A stretch of 64,000 nucleotides of DNA from a virus. Positions within the stretch are counted from its first letter, which is position 1, and every line of letters begins with the position of its first letter. Shown piece after piece: positions 38,455-46,990 of the stretch. Where the stretch lies: positions 32,001 to 96,000 of IMG/VR virus record IMGVR_UViG_3300047560_001714; one strand, given 5' to 3'. Under the pieces are notes generated by a model. It did no database searches, was not told the origin of the DNA, and worked only from the letters and a program-made list of their open reading frames with translations. The position numbers and the translations under genes were made by a program.

Positions 38455-38544
38455 GGAAGAGTGGCAGAGTGGTTTAATGCAGCGGTCTTGAAAACCGCCG
38501 ACGGTTAGTCCCGTCCGTGAGTTCGAATCTCACTTCTTCCGCCA
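38455..38544 (+). tRNA. tRNA-Ser(TGA)
   Basis: GCGGT-CTTGAAA-ACCGC, long variable arm, CCA. Confidence 0.93.
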
Positions 38545-38548
38545 AATA

Positions 38549-38605
38549 TTGGATGCTAACAGCAATTACTTATAATTTCTTTTGGTGAAACTTAAATGCA
38601 TCCAG
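38549..38605 (+). ncRNA. CAGCA-stem element C (Gln-TTG anticodon arm)
   Basis: TGGATGC-TAACAGCAA...GCATCCA-G; TTTC-TTTTGGT-GAAA; near-identical to 45935-45990. Confidence 0.8.
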
Positions 38606-38615
38606 CTTAAATAAT

Positions 38616-38697
38616 GTTCTGTCGTATAACAGCTACATAGTAGTGAAATATGTCCCACACCACTGGGGAAGATATTGGTGAAAATCCATTCAGAACT
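38616..38697 (+). pseudogene. Degenerate tRNA-like element (Asp-like body, broken anticodon loop)
   Basis: GTTCTG/CAGAAC acceptor, TCCCA-caccac-TGGGG arm, GGTGAAAATCC T-arm-like, no CCA. Confidence 0.4.
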
Positions 38698-38726
38698 AAC
38701 ATTTCTAAACAACTTGAGAGATTATT

Positions 38727-38996
38727 ATGAAAAAATTACTTTTACTTGCTGGCCTAACTTTATTAGTAACTGGTTGTGCTGCAACCGGTGAATTAGATAC
38801 AGTTCCGGACCGTGTTAACAAACTAGAAGCCGCTGATAAGGTATTCAAAACCGATTTGAAAACTTTAACTGATAAAACCGCATCGTTGACAAATACACAA
38901 CAACAATGTATTAATCATTGTAAACTTTCTTCAAGTCGAATGAACAATTTCGATAGAAAACTTGATAACGCTTTCAACAAAGCACTAATTAAGTAA
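38727..38996 (+). CDS. Lpp/OprI-like outer-membrane lipoprotein
   Basis: Lipobox VTGC, coiled coil, C-terminal KLDNAFNKALIK ending in Lys. Confidence 0.65.
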   Translation: MKKLLLLAGLTLLVTGCAATGELDTVPDRVNKLEAADKVFKTDLKTLTDKTASLTNTQQQCINHCKLSSSRMNNFDRKLDNAFNKALIK

Positions 38997-39052
38997 TTTA
39001 AAAAAATCCTTGACAAATCTATAAACACACACTAGAATAACCTTTTATTTAA

Positions 39053-39265
39053 TTGGAGGTAAACACGATGTCTGAACAACTTAGTAGAATGATGTACACT
39101 GGCTTATTCCTTTTAATATTTGCGGTTATCTGTTCGACGTTTGGTGGATATGTCGTATATAACCACATGAGTAAAAATTATTTCCCAATCCAAGATAGCA
39201 ATATCGGTGGGTTTGTGTTTAGAAAAGGAAAAGTTTATTCATTAGAAGAAGTCAAGGATTTATAA
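39053..39265 (+). CDS. Small single-TM protein
   Basis: One TM segment; GGAGG SD (true start may be a few codons downstream). Confidence 0.5.
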   Translation: MEVNTMSEQLSRMMYTGLFLLIFAVICSTFGGYVVYNHMSKNYFPIQDSNIGGFVFRKGKVYSLEEVKDL

Positions 39266-39798
39266 TGAAAACTTTATCAACTATATTTTTTCTATTACTA
39301 TCACACTCAGCGTGTGCTGATGTGGTCAAAGTGATCGATACAAAGACCGGTAATATTGAATTAGTTAAAACACGTTCTTTCTCTCTAGCTAAAAATATAG
39401 ATAAAAAGATTTATTCAAAAGCTGACATAAATCGATTTGTCAAATTAGCATCAATTAAGAACAAGGTTGACGAAAAACTGATTCACGCTGTTATTAAGGC
39501 TGAAAGTAGTTATAGAAAAAATGCAATAAGTAAAGTAGGCGCAGCTGGTTTGATGCAACTCATCCCAGCAACTGCCACTAGATTTGGTGTGACCGACCGA
39601 TTTGATGTTAAACAGAATATTGACGGTGGTACCAAGTATCTTAAATTCCTACTAAATACGTTTAAGAACACACCACTTGCTCTGGCTGGTTATAATGCAG
39701 GGGAAAATGCAGTCATTAAATATAACTACAAAATTCCCAACTACCCAGAAACTAAAAATTATGTTAAAGTGGTGATGGAAAATTACGTAACGGAATAG
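39265..39798 (+). CDS. Soluble lytic transglycosylase (SLT domain)
   Basis: AVIKAESSY, SKVGAAGLMQLIPATA, NIDGGTKYL, ALAGYNAGE, ETKNYV. Confidence 0.93.
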   Translation: MKTLSTIFFLLLSHSACADVVKVIDTKTGNIELVKTRSFSLAKNIDKKIYSKADINRFVKLASIKNKVDEKLIHAVIKAESSYRKNAISKVGAAGLMQLIPATATRFGVTDRFDVKQNIDGGTKYLKFLLNTFKNTPLALAGYNAGENAVIKYNYKIPNYPETKNYVKVVMENYVTE

Positions 39799-39801
39799 AC
39801 T

Positions 39802-40563
39802 ATGATAACACTACTTAATATATATAAACAATCACTGTTAATGGCTAAACTAAGTTCATTGGCATATAATACTGACCAATCATTCAAAGATCTCGGATAT
39901 GATAGTAAGTATATATTTAGGAAAGGTTCCGAAGCATATGTTTTGTGGGATAACGACGATTTTATTATAGTTTGTCGTGGTACACAACCAAATAAGTTTG
40001 AAGACATTATAGCTGATATTAGACTCAATTTGGTACCTAGCTATTCTAACCGTGGTAGAGCGCACGCCGGATTTAAACACAGCGTCGATCTATTGTGGCC
40101 AGAACTGGAAAAACTTATTATTAAGTATGGTTCAAACAGAAAAATCTGGTGTACTGGACACAGTCTAGGTGCAGCAATGGCAACATTGATTACAGCAAGG
40201 TTGCCATTATTAAAGACCACTACCCCAACATTATTTACATTTGGTAGCCCTCGTGTTGGCGATGCTGATTTACACGATTATCTAATCGAGTTAGGTGTTG
40301 AACATCATAGATGGGTCAATAATGCGGATATGGTTACACGTAACCCAGTATTCCCATATCGTCATCACGGTATACTATATTATATGAATCATCATGGTGA
40401 ACTTGCCACGATGAGTATAATTAGAACCGCGATTGATAGAATTAAAGGTTTCATTACTGGTATTAAGAAAGGAAAAGTAAATTTCTTTGTTAATCACTTC
40501 ATTGAAAATTATATTAACAACATAGAAAAAATGGTTGATGATGAAAAAAATAGCAATTCCTAA
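39802..40563 (+). CDS. Class 3 lipase
   Basis: VCRGTQ, HAGF, TGHSLGAAMA, TFGSPRVG, VNNADMV. Confidence 0.92.
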   Translation: MITLLNIYKQSLLMAKLSSLAYNTDQSFKDLGYDSKYIFRKGSEAYVLWDNDDFIIVCRGTQPNKFEDIIADIRLNLVPSYSNRGRAHAGFKHSVDLLWPELEKLIIKYGSNRKIWCTGHSLGAAMATLITARLPLLKTTTPTLFTFGSPRVGDADLHDYLIELGVEHHRWVNNADMVTRNPVFPYRHHGILYYMNHHGELATMSIIRTAIDRIKGFITGIKKGKVNFFVNHFIENYINNIEKMVDDEKNSNS

Positions 40564-40816
40564 TTTTACGGATGATGAATCCGACCCTTTCTGGTGGGAT
40601 AAATTTGCGTCAGACATCGGGTATCTTGACATACAGGAATACCAATATGATGAATATGCAAAAATATTAACGAATAAAGCCAATAACATATTATTAGAAT
40701 ATAATGCCACATTTGAGTTATCACTAATGGCCGATCCAAGTGCTATTTGTGATTATGCAGTTATTACCTTTAAAGATGAAGCAAAGTATAATTGGTTTTT
40801 ACTAAAATACACATAA
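40535..40816 (+). CDS. Hypothetical protein
   Basis: C-terminal ITFKDEAKYNWFLLKY motif typical of a small phage family. Confidence 0.55.
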   Translation: MMMKKIAIPNFTDDESDPFWWDKFASDIGYLDIQEYQYDEYAKILTNKANNILLEYNATFELSLMADPSAICDYAVITFKDEAKYNWFLLKYT

Positions 40817-41490
40817 TGCGGTCGGATGAATATAAAAATAAAATAATAAATAACCTTTCATCACCGTATAGGATTGATAATTTTATAACAGAAACTGAGC
40901 GTAATTTATTAAAAGACTATTTTAACGATAGTTCACATAAAATAATTAAAAATACTGGACCTATTGTACTACATCTATCTGAATATGATTACCAGAATGA
41001 AGTACTGTATGGTATAAAAACTAGAGTTGAGCAATTATTAAATTCATCTGTATATTTTGGGCATTTTTTCTATACGAATCGACCACATATAATTCATAAT
41101 GATGATAGTTTAAGTATCAACGTGCCGTATAAAGGTATAAACATACCAATCGAAACGTGTGAGGAAACATCATTGTGTATTTTTGATCAATTCTACCTAG
41201 ATGGCCCATGTAAATTTTTTAATGGGTCAACTGATATACCAACCTATCATAATTTACAAAAATATGAATATTCTGGTGTTCAAGGATTGGTCGATGGTGA
41301 TTTTGATGAAAGTTTTCGTATAAAACATTTAAACCATTTAGAACCATCATGGTTACAAGGGCTTTCTATAAAAGAAATGATTCAGCAAACCATGAATTGT
41401 GGTATAGTATTTGATACAGTAAACTTACACTGTTCAACAAATTTTAAACAATCCAAACTTGGATTAAGTTTTTTTACACATTTGATATGA
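40792..41490 (+). CDS. Hypothetical protein (possible oxygenase-like fold)
   Basis: PHIIHND...NLHCS pattern; start probably near 40813. Confidence 0.55.
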   Translation: MVFTKIHIMRSDEYKNKIINNLSSPYRIDNFITETERNLLKDYFNDSSHKIIKNTGPIVLHLSEYDYQNEVLYGIKTRVEQLLNSSVYFGHFFYTNRPHIIHNDDSLSINVPYKGINIPIETCEETSLCIFDQFYLDGPCKFFNGSTDIPTYHNLQKYEYSGVQGLVDGDFDESFRIKHLNHLEPSWLQGLSIKEMIQQTMNCGIVFDTVNLHCSTNFKQSKLGLSFFTHLI

Positions 41491-42026
41491 TCAACAAAGA
41501 TGCGTTCTCGAATGGCCAAATTGATAGTAAACTATGGTTATGCCAAGAATTAGAAAATTTAGAATGGACGTCAGAACTAACGCAAATATACGGTGGATGG
41601 TATGGAATTACCGCATTTTTATTATTAAGTCGTGAAAAATTCAAAGTAACGCGCATAGAAAGTTATGATATTGACCCATCGTGTCAGGTTATTGCTGATA
41701 TGATTAATGAAAATTGGGTATTTAAAAATTGGCAATTTAAAGCACATACCGCTGATTGTAATAATATATTAACACAGCCAGATTTAATTATTAATACCTC
41801 AACTGAACATTTTGATGAAATGGACTGGTTTCATAACATAAAACCAGGTACACGAGTGATATTACAAGGCAACAATATGCCACATGACGATCACTTTATA
41901 CACAGTCAATCACTTAAAATGTTTATTGACAACTACCCATTAACTAGTATATACTATACTGGTGAATTAGATTTTAAATACCCATCTTGGGGATTCACTA
42001 GATACATGATTATCGGTGTGAAATAA
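41487..42026 (+). CDS. Class I SAM-dependent methyltransferase-like protein
   Basis: DAFSNGQIDSKLW, YGGWYG, SYDIDP, LIINTSTEH. Confidence 0.7.
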   Translation: MINKDAFSNGQIDSKLWLCQELENLEWTSELTQIYGGWYGITAFLLLSREKFKVTRIESYDIDPSCQVIADMINENWVFKNWQFKAHTADCNNILTQPDLIINTSTEHFDEMDWFHNIKPGTRVILQGNNMPHDDHFIHSQSLKMFIDNYPLTSIYYTGELDFKYPSWGFTRYMIIGVK

Positions 42027-42046
42027 TCATATCACTAAATATTGTT

Positions 42047-42502
42047 ATGTTAAATATATACACAAAAGAATTGATGGGTAGTTTTAAAAATATTAATGAT
42101 AAGATTGACAAATTAAACGAAATTGGTGTAACATATACACGGATTGATCTTGATGGTAGTTACATTGGTGAAATAAAGTTCTTGCATAATGTTCCTTATC
42201 ATGATACAATATCTGTAAATGAAAATACTGAGAATTATCCAGAATTAAGAAACAAGTTTAAACGTGAACATACTCATGATGACTTTGAAATGAGATTATT
42301 CACACACGGTACAGCATCTTTTTTCATAAATGCTAATGATTTAGTTTATGAATTAGTTGTTGGACCAGCTGATTTAATCAGTATACCAGCTAATACCAAA
42401 CATTGGTTCGATGCTGGTGACAACCCAGACTTTTCGGCAATTAGGTTTTTTACAGACGAAGATGGATGGATTGCAAAATATACTGATGAAAAAAATGCTT
42501 GA
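42047..42502 (+). CDS. mtnD: Acireductone dioxygenase (methionine salvage, cupin)
   Basis: EHTHDDFEMRLF, DLISIPANTKHWFDAG, AIRFFTDEDGWIA. Confidence 0.88.
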   Translation: MLNIYTKELMGSFKNINDKIDKLNEIGVTYTRIDLDGSYIGEIKFLHNVPYHDTISVNENTENYPELRNKFKREHTHDDFEMRLFTHGTASFFINANDLVYELVVGPADLISIPANTKHWFDAGDNPDFSAIRFFTDEDGWIAKYTDEKNA

Positions 42503-42562
42503 CAAGTTAAAAAGATAAGTGTATAATTTGTCACATATTGAAACAGTTCTTTAACAAATTAT

Positions 42563-42639
<77 letters not shown>

Positions 42640-42642
42640 ATA

Positions 42643-42775
42643 TAGGATCTTAACAGCATATTCTATTTGCCTTCTAAGCACGAGATGTGGGTTCGAATCC
42701 CACACGTAATTTGCGGACTAATGTAGCAAATAACGTTAGCTTAACGGGATAGAGCACGATAAAAATAAGATCCTG
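42643..42775 (+). ncRNA. CAGCA-stem element D: circularly permuted tRNA-Arg(TCT)-like body
   Basis: AGGATCT-TAACAGCAT...AGATCCT-G; order is anticodon arm, T-arm, loop-closed acceptor, D-arm. Confidence 0.85.
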
Positions 42776-42782
42776 ACCCTTA

Positions 42783-42900
42783 TAGGTTTCTAACAGCAAG
42801 TATTATGGGGATCGGAAATGGTAGGTTCGAGTCCTACTATGCAGTCGTATGATTGCATAAGGGCTACGGGTGGTGCCGCCGATTATAAAAATGAAACCTG
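42783..42900 (+). ncRNA. CAGCA-stem element E: YrlA-like permuted tRNA body
   Basis: AGGTTTC-TAACAGCAA...GAAACCT-G; ATCGG/CCGAT stem, T-arm GTAGG-TTCGAGT-CCTAC, 9-bp closed acceptor, D-like arm. Confidence 0.85.
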
Positions 42901-42909
42901 TTAATTTTA

Positions 42910-43025
42910 TGAATGCTAACAGCAATTTAATAACACCTGACGTGTCGTGAGTTCGAATCTCACCGTGTAAGTAATTACACGTAGCTCAGTTGGTAGAGCA
43001 TCTGGCCATAAAAAAATGCATTCAG
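42910..43025 (+). ncRNA. CAGCA-stem element F: YrlA-like permuted tRNA body
   Basis: TGAATGC-TAACAGCAA...GCATTCA-G; GTGAG-TTCGAAT-CTCAC, CGTGTAA-gtaa-TTACACG, canonical D-arm GCTCAGTTGGTAGAGC. Confidence 0.85.
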
Positions 43026-43034
43026 TATATATTT

Positions 43035-43096
43035 TGGTTGTTTTCAGCAATTTTAAAGATTCGATTTCTTATTTTTCCCAGGTGGGATACAACCAG
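43035..43096 (+). ncRNA. CAGCA-stem element G (T-loop mimic)
   Basis: TGGTTGT-TTTCAGCAA...ACAACCA-G; AAGA-TTCGATT-TCTT. Confidence 0.75.
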
Positions 43097-43343
43097 TAAC
43101 TTTTGACTTTTGGTAACACTATGTTTATACTTATTACTGCTGAATCAATTATATTATTATTAACAATATACTTTGGTTGGCGTATTTGGACAAAGATTTC
43201 AAACAAAATTACGGAGTTTTTCAAATGACTACTGATACATCGGATGATGAAGCTGTTTTAACAATGGACCCCGAAACTTTTGCAAAACTGTTTCGAGATG
43301 AACTTGAAAAGCTTAAACAAAAGCAGAACGACGCACAATAATT

Positions 43344-43430
43344 GGAAGGTTGCCAGAATGGTATTGGAGCGGATTGCTAATCCGTCAACGGGAAACCGTT
43401 GTATAGGTTCGAACCCTATACCTTCCGCCA
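43344..43430 (+). tRNA. tRNA-Ser(GCT)
   Basis: GCGGA-TTGCTAA-TCCGT, long variable arm, CCA. Confidence 0.93.
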
Positions 43431-43443
43431 ATTACCTATAAAT

Positions 43444-43510
43444 TGGATACATACAGCATATTTAAAATCACTGCAAATGACCTTTCCGGGTGATAACCGG
43501 AGGTATCCAG
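43444..43510 (+). ncRNA. CAGCA-stem element H (Cys-GCA anticodon arm)
   Basis: TGGATAC-ATACAGCAT...GTATCCA-G; TCA-CTGCAAA-TGA 43468-80. Confidence 0.8.
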
Positions 43511-43532
43511 ATTAAATTTTAAGGAGACATTT

Positions 43533-43760
43533 ATGAGAATAGTAGTCCCAGCGTACCACGTACCAGTTGTTGCAAATTATATTTCAAGAGCACCATATGT
43601 AATTTGCCCAAAAGATGCGTTGGTATTAAATCGTTATGATGTTGGAACACAAAAAGAAACTGCTGATGTATTATTCTATACATTATATGCAGGTGGTGGG
43701 ATACATATGCATCGCGTTAAAGATGTGTCTGAAATAAACACAATAAACGTATACGCATAA
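43533..43760 (+). CDS. Hypothetical protein
   Basis: AAGGAG SD directly after element H. Confidence 0.55.
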   Translation: MRIVVPAYHVPVVANYISRAPYVICPKDALVLNRYDVGTQKETADVLFYTLYAGGGIHMHRVKDVSEINTINVYA

Positions 43761-43784
43761 AAATTTAACAATAAAAAATAATAT

Positions 43785-43859
43785 TCCCTAATAGCTCAGT
43801 GGTAGAGCAGACGGCTGTTAACCGTCCGGTCGGTGGTTCGAGCCCATCTTAGGGAGCCA
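43785..43859 (+). tRNA. tRNA-Asn(GTT)
   Basis: GACGG-CTGTTAA-CCGTC, CCA. Confidence 0.95.
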
Positions 43860-43883
43860 ATTTAACATTAAAAAGGAAATGCT

Positions 43884-44036
43884 ATGAGCAATTGGCACGG
43901 TGGAAAGGGTTCTAAACAACGACCCTTTGATAGACAAAAATTTTCAGACAACTGGGACGCTATCTTTAAAAAAACCCCAGATAACGTCCAAGAAAATAAA
44001 CCAAACCAAGAAAAAGATGACAATGAAAAAAAATAA
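43884..44036 (+). CDS. Small conserved phage protein (MSNWHGGKGSKQRP..., 50 aa), not in the ORF track
   Basis: AAGGA SD; GGKGSxxRP...NWDAIF motif. Confidence 0.65.
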   Translation: MSNWHGGKGSKQRPFDRQKFSDNWDAIFKKTPDNVQENKPNQEKDDNEKK

Positions 44037-45540
44037 AATAGTAATTGTCGGGGGCGGTTCAGCTGGATGGATTACGTTATCATATTTATCAGCAACCACC
44101 GACGCTGAACTAGTATTAATCCACTCAAATGAAATCGATTCTATTGGAGTTGGCGAAAGCACAACACCAACTATTAAACATATTGCGGAAACCGTTGGCG
44201 TACCGGAATACGAATGGATGAAACAATCCAAAGCAACATTTAAATACGGTGTTGATTTCCATGACTTTAACAGTTTAGGTTCACGATGGGTACATACCTT
44301 TGATGATATGATACCACATCAGGCATTTACTAGACCATTATGCGATAATGGTAAAGAAGAATTTAAACGTGATTTGACTAGTGTTGATTATTTTTTACAT
44401 CATTATGGTAAAGATGTTTCATTATTTAACGAAACCCATGGACCACAAGAATACTTGATAAAAAATAAATTAAGTCCATTTAATAAAAATGGAATTAACA
44501 ATATAAACAAATTTCCAGGATATGGGTATCATGTTAATGCATTTGAATTTGGAAAATGTTTAAAAAATCACGTACCAGAAACCCGATATGAAGAAATAAA
44601 CGCAACCATAATTGAAGTTGTAGAAAATAATGATGGTATTGAGTACGTTGTATTAGACACTGGTGAAAAAATCTATGGTGATATATTCTTTGATTGCTCT
44701 GGGTTTACTAGGGTACTTATGAAAAATCTATCAACCTGGGATTCATATACTGAATTAGTAAATGACCGTGCAATATGGGGTGAAATTCATAATGTTACCT
44801 CAGACGAACCAGTTACGGGTGTATATGCGCAAGAATCAGGATGGATATGGACTATCCCAACATGGAACCAAATTGGTTCTGGGTATGTATATTCTAATAA
44901 ATTTAGTTCTGATGAACGGGCCGAAGAAGTAATTACAGACTTTTGGCGTGAACGTGGTTACAAATTTGTTAAAAGAAAACAAGTTGCGTTTGACGCCGGA
45001 AGATTAAACAATGTTACATTTAAAAATGTAATTAGCAATGGATTGGCCCAAAGTTTTATAGAACCATTGGAAGCCACCAGCTTAATGATTACGTGCGTAA
45101 CAGTACGCAGTTTTAGTGATTTATACAATAAGCATAAAATATGGAGTGCAAAAACTAGTTCAATTCATGATCGAATAATGAAACGGTTTATTGACCATAC
45201 TAAAAAGTTTGTTCTATATCATTATAGACTATCTGAAAGAATAGATACACCATATTGGCGGTCAGTTGGTAACGATCCAACCGCAGTGCAAGAGGTATCT
45301 GATTATATAGATATTTTGGCATCAAGTAAATGGGTTGGCAAAGGGGATACCCTATTGAATCAATGGAACTGGGTAAGTATGCTCCTTGGCTTTAATAAAA
45401 AATATACTAATAAATTAAAATCAGATGTTGACATTGACGATTATTTATTATATAATAAAACCTTAATTTATCATTACCAGTCATTAGTTGGTCAAAATAT
45501 TCCAATACTTGATTTGTTAAATAAAATTAATAATACTTGA
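44017..45540 (+). CDS. Flavin-dependent tryptophan halogenase family protein
   Basis: IVGGGSAGW, IGVGESTTP, FFDCSGF, GWIWTIP, FIEPLEATS. Confidence 0.9.
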   Translation: MTMKKNKIVIVGGGSAGWITLSYLSATTDAELVLIHSNEIDSIGVGESTTPTIKHIAETVGVPEYEWMKQSKATFKYGVDFHDFNSLGSRWVHTFDDMIPHQAFTRPLCDNGKEEFKRDLTSVDYFLHHYGKDVSLFNETHGPQEYLIKNKLSPFNKNGINNINKFPGYGYHVNAFEFGKCLKNHVPETRYEEINATIIEVVENNDGIEYVVLDTGEKIYGDIFFDCSGFTRVLMKNLSTWDSYTELVNDRAIWGEIHNVTSDEPVTGVYAQESGWIWTIPTWNQIGSGYVYSNKFSSDERAEEVITDFWRERGYKFVKRKQVAFDAGRLNNVTFKNVISNGLAQSFIEPLEATSLMITCVTVRSFSDLYNKHKIWSAKTSSIHDRIMKRFIDHTKKFVLYHYRLSERIDTPYWRSVGNDPTAVQEVSDYIDILASSKWVGKGDTLLNQWNWVSMLLGFNKKYTNKLKSDVDIDDYLLYNKTLIYHYQSLVGQNIPILDLLNKINNT

Positions 45541-45576
45541 CATTATAAATAAATACTGATATAATAGGTACATAAA

Positions 45577-45765
45577 ATGACAGTAGCTAGTAAAGCAAAC
45601 CGAAAAGCGAATCCGCTTAAAACTAAAAATGACAAAACACGTATTAACGTGTTAAGTGACAAACAGTTAGTATTAGCATTAGAAAAAGCAACACGCGGCC
45701 GTGATAAATCAAAAATCAGAAGTCGTATTGCATTTAAACTTAAAAATCATTCACAACAACCCTAG
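45577..45765 (+). CDS. Small basic hypothetical protein
   Basis: Behind TTGACA-17-TATAAT (45537-65). Confidence 0.55.
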   Translation: MTVASKANRKANPLKTKNDKTRINVLSDKQLVLALEKATRGRDKSKIRSRIAFKLKNHSQQP

Positions 45766-45774
45766 AGGTGTATT

Positions 45775-45921
45775 ATGGCAGTAGAAGTAAAAAAATGTAA
45801 TTGCAGTGGTTCACTAGCGGCTAAGTTCCAAGATAAAGAATATGGTCAAGGAATGCGCGTTATGAATCAAACCTTGAAAAAAGAATACAATTGTACAGTT
45901 TGTGGTGCAAAACACAAATAG
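45775..45921 (+). CDS. Small Zn-ribbon-like protein (48 aa), not in the ORF track
   Basis: GAGGTG SD; CNC...FQDKEYGQGMRV...CTVCG. Confidence 0.65.
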   Translation: MAVEVKKCNCSGSLAAKFQDKEYGQGMRVMNQTLKKEYNCTVCGAKHK

Positions 45922-45934
45922 TTACACCTAATTT

Positions 45935-45990
45935 TGGATGCTAACAGCAATTACTTATAATTTCTTTTGGTGAAAATAAAATGCATCCAG
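45935..45990 (+). ncRNA. CAGCA-stem element I (Gln-TTG anticodon arm), duplicate of element C
   Basis: TGGATGC-TAACAGCAA...GCATCCA-G. Confidence 0.8.
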
Positions 45991-46003
45991 CATAAATTAA
46001 TAT

Positions 46004-46079
46004 GCCACCGTAGCTCAATCGGTAGAGCGCCTCACTTGTAATGAGGATGTTGAGGGTTCGATTCCTTTCGGTGGCTCCA
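46004..46079 (+). tRNA. tRNA-Thr(TGT)
   Basis: CCTCA-CTTGTAA-TGAGG, CCA. Confidence 0.95.
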
Positions 46080-46102
46080 TTCACAATAACTTAAATGATC
46101 TT

Positions 46103-46309
46103 ATGACACCGGAACCAGACGATTTAGAAAACATTTTAAATAATCTTACTGATGACGATTTCGACAGCATCAACGAATCTATAAATTCTGACATTGACGA
46201 CGAGTTCGACGACGATGAGGAACTGTCGATTGAAGAAATGAAAGATATTTGGGGCGTAGACTTTGATGACGATGATTTAGACCCATTTGATATCCCTGGC
46301 GACAGGTGA
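46103..46309 (+). CDS. Very acidic small protein
   Basis: About 40% Asp/Glu by eye. Confidence 0.5.
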   Translation: MTPEPDDLENILNNLTDDDFDSINESINSDIDDEFDDDEELSIEEMKDIWGVDFDDDDLDPFDIPGDR

Positions 46310-46319
46310 TAACCACTTT

Positions 46320-46376
46320 TGGATACTTACAGCATATTAACTTCGACTTGAAACTTGAAAACAACTATGTATCCAG
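46320..46376 (+). ncRNA. CAGCA-stem element J (Ser-TGA-like loop)
   Basis: TGGATAC-TTACAGCAT...GTATCCA-G; CTTGAAA 46347-53 inside a TTCGA/TTGAA stem. Confidence 0.78.
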
Positions 46377-46400
46377 AATTAAACATGTAGTGTAATCTGA

Positions 46401-46471
46401 GCGGGATTGGTATATAGGTTGTGCCTTAGCCTTCCAAGCTAATGAAACGAGTTCGACTCTCGTATCCCGCT
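46401..46471 (+). tRNA. tRNA-Gly(TCC), no encoded CCA, acceptor extended by a 10-bp inverted repeat
   Basis: TTAGC-CTTCCAA-GCTAA; TGTAATCTGA/TCAGATTACA flanks. Confidence 0.88.
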
Positions 46472-46498
46472 CAGATTACAATCCGTGTAACTCTTACA

Positions 46499-46688
46499 AG
46501 AATAGTTTCAGCAACATACTACAAATAACTTACTGGAAATGGTATTTTATCGTGGGTTTTAGCCCAACAAAACCGATGGAATATCTAGTGTTGGTAGAAT
46601 ACCAAATAGGCTAGTAGAATACTAGATAGGATCTGGTTGGGTAGACCGAGACTGACTGAAAACTAATTTCACCCAAAAAGCTATTCTG
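46499..46688 (+). ncRNA. CAGCA-stem element K, large multi-hairpin insert
   Basis: AGAATAG-TTTCAGCAA...CTATTCT-G enclosing about 165 nt of hairpins. Confidence 0.7.
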
Positions 46689-46716
46689 TTTCCTTTAACC
46701 TTACAATGAGAAAAAT

Positions 46717-46989
46717 ATGTCTAATATTACAGCAAACCATATCTTAGTAGAAACGCTTGAACAAGCACAAGACTTACAACGCCAGTTATCGGAAGGCGCA
46801 TCATTCTCAGACTTAGCAAAATCTCACAGCAAATGTCCGAGTGGTACACGTGGCGGTGATTTAGGTTCATTTGGTAGAGGCCAAATGGTACCAGAATTTG
46901 AAAATGCCGCATTTGGCTTAGATGTCGGTGGGTTTAGTGAACCAGTACAAACACAATTTGGATACCATTTAATTAATCGCACCGCTTAA
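46717..46989 (+). CDS. ppiC: Parvulin-type peptidyl-prolyl isomerase
   Basis: ANHILV, FSDLAKSHSKCPS, GGDLGSFGRGQMVPEFE, TQFGYHLI. Confidence 0.95.
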   Translation: MSNITANHILVETLEQAQDLQRQLSEGASFSDLAKSHSKCPSGTRGGDLGSFGRGQMVPEFENAAFGLDVGGFSEPVQTQFGYHLINRTA

Positions 46990-46990
46990 T

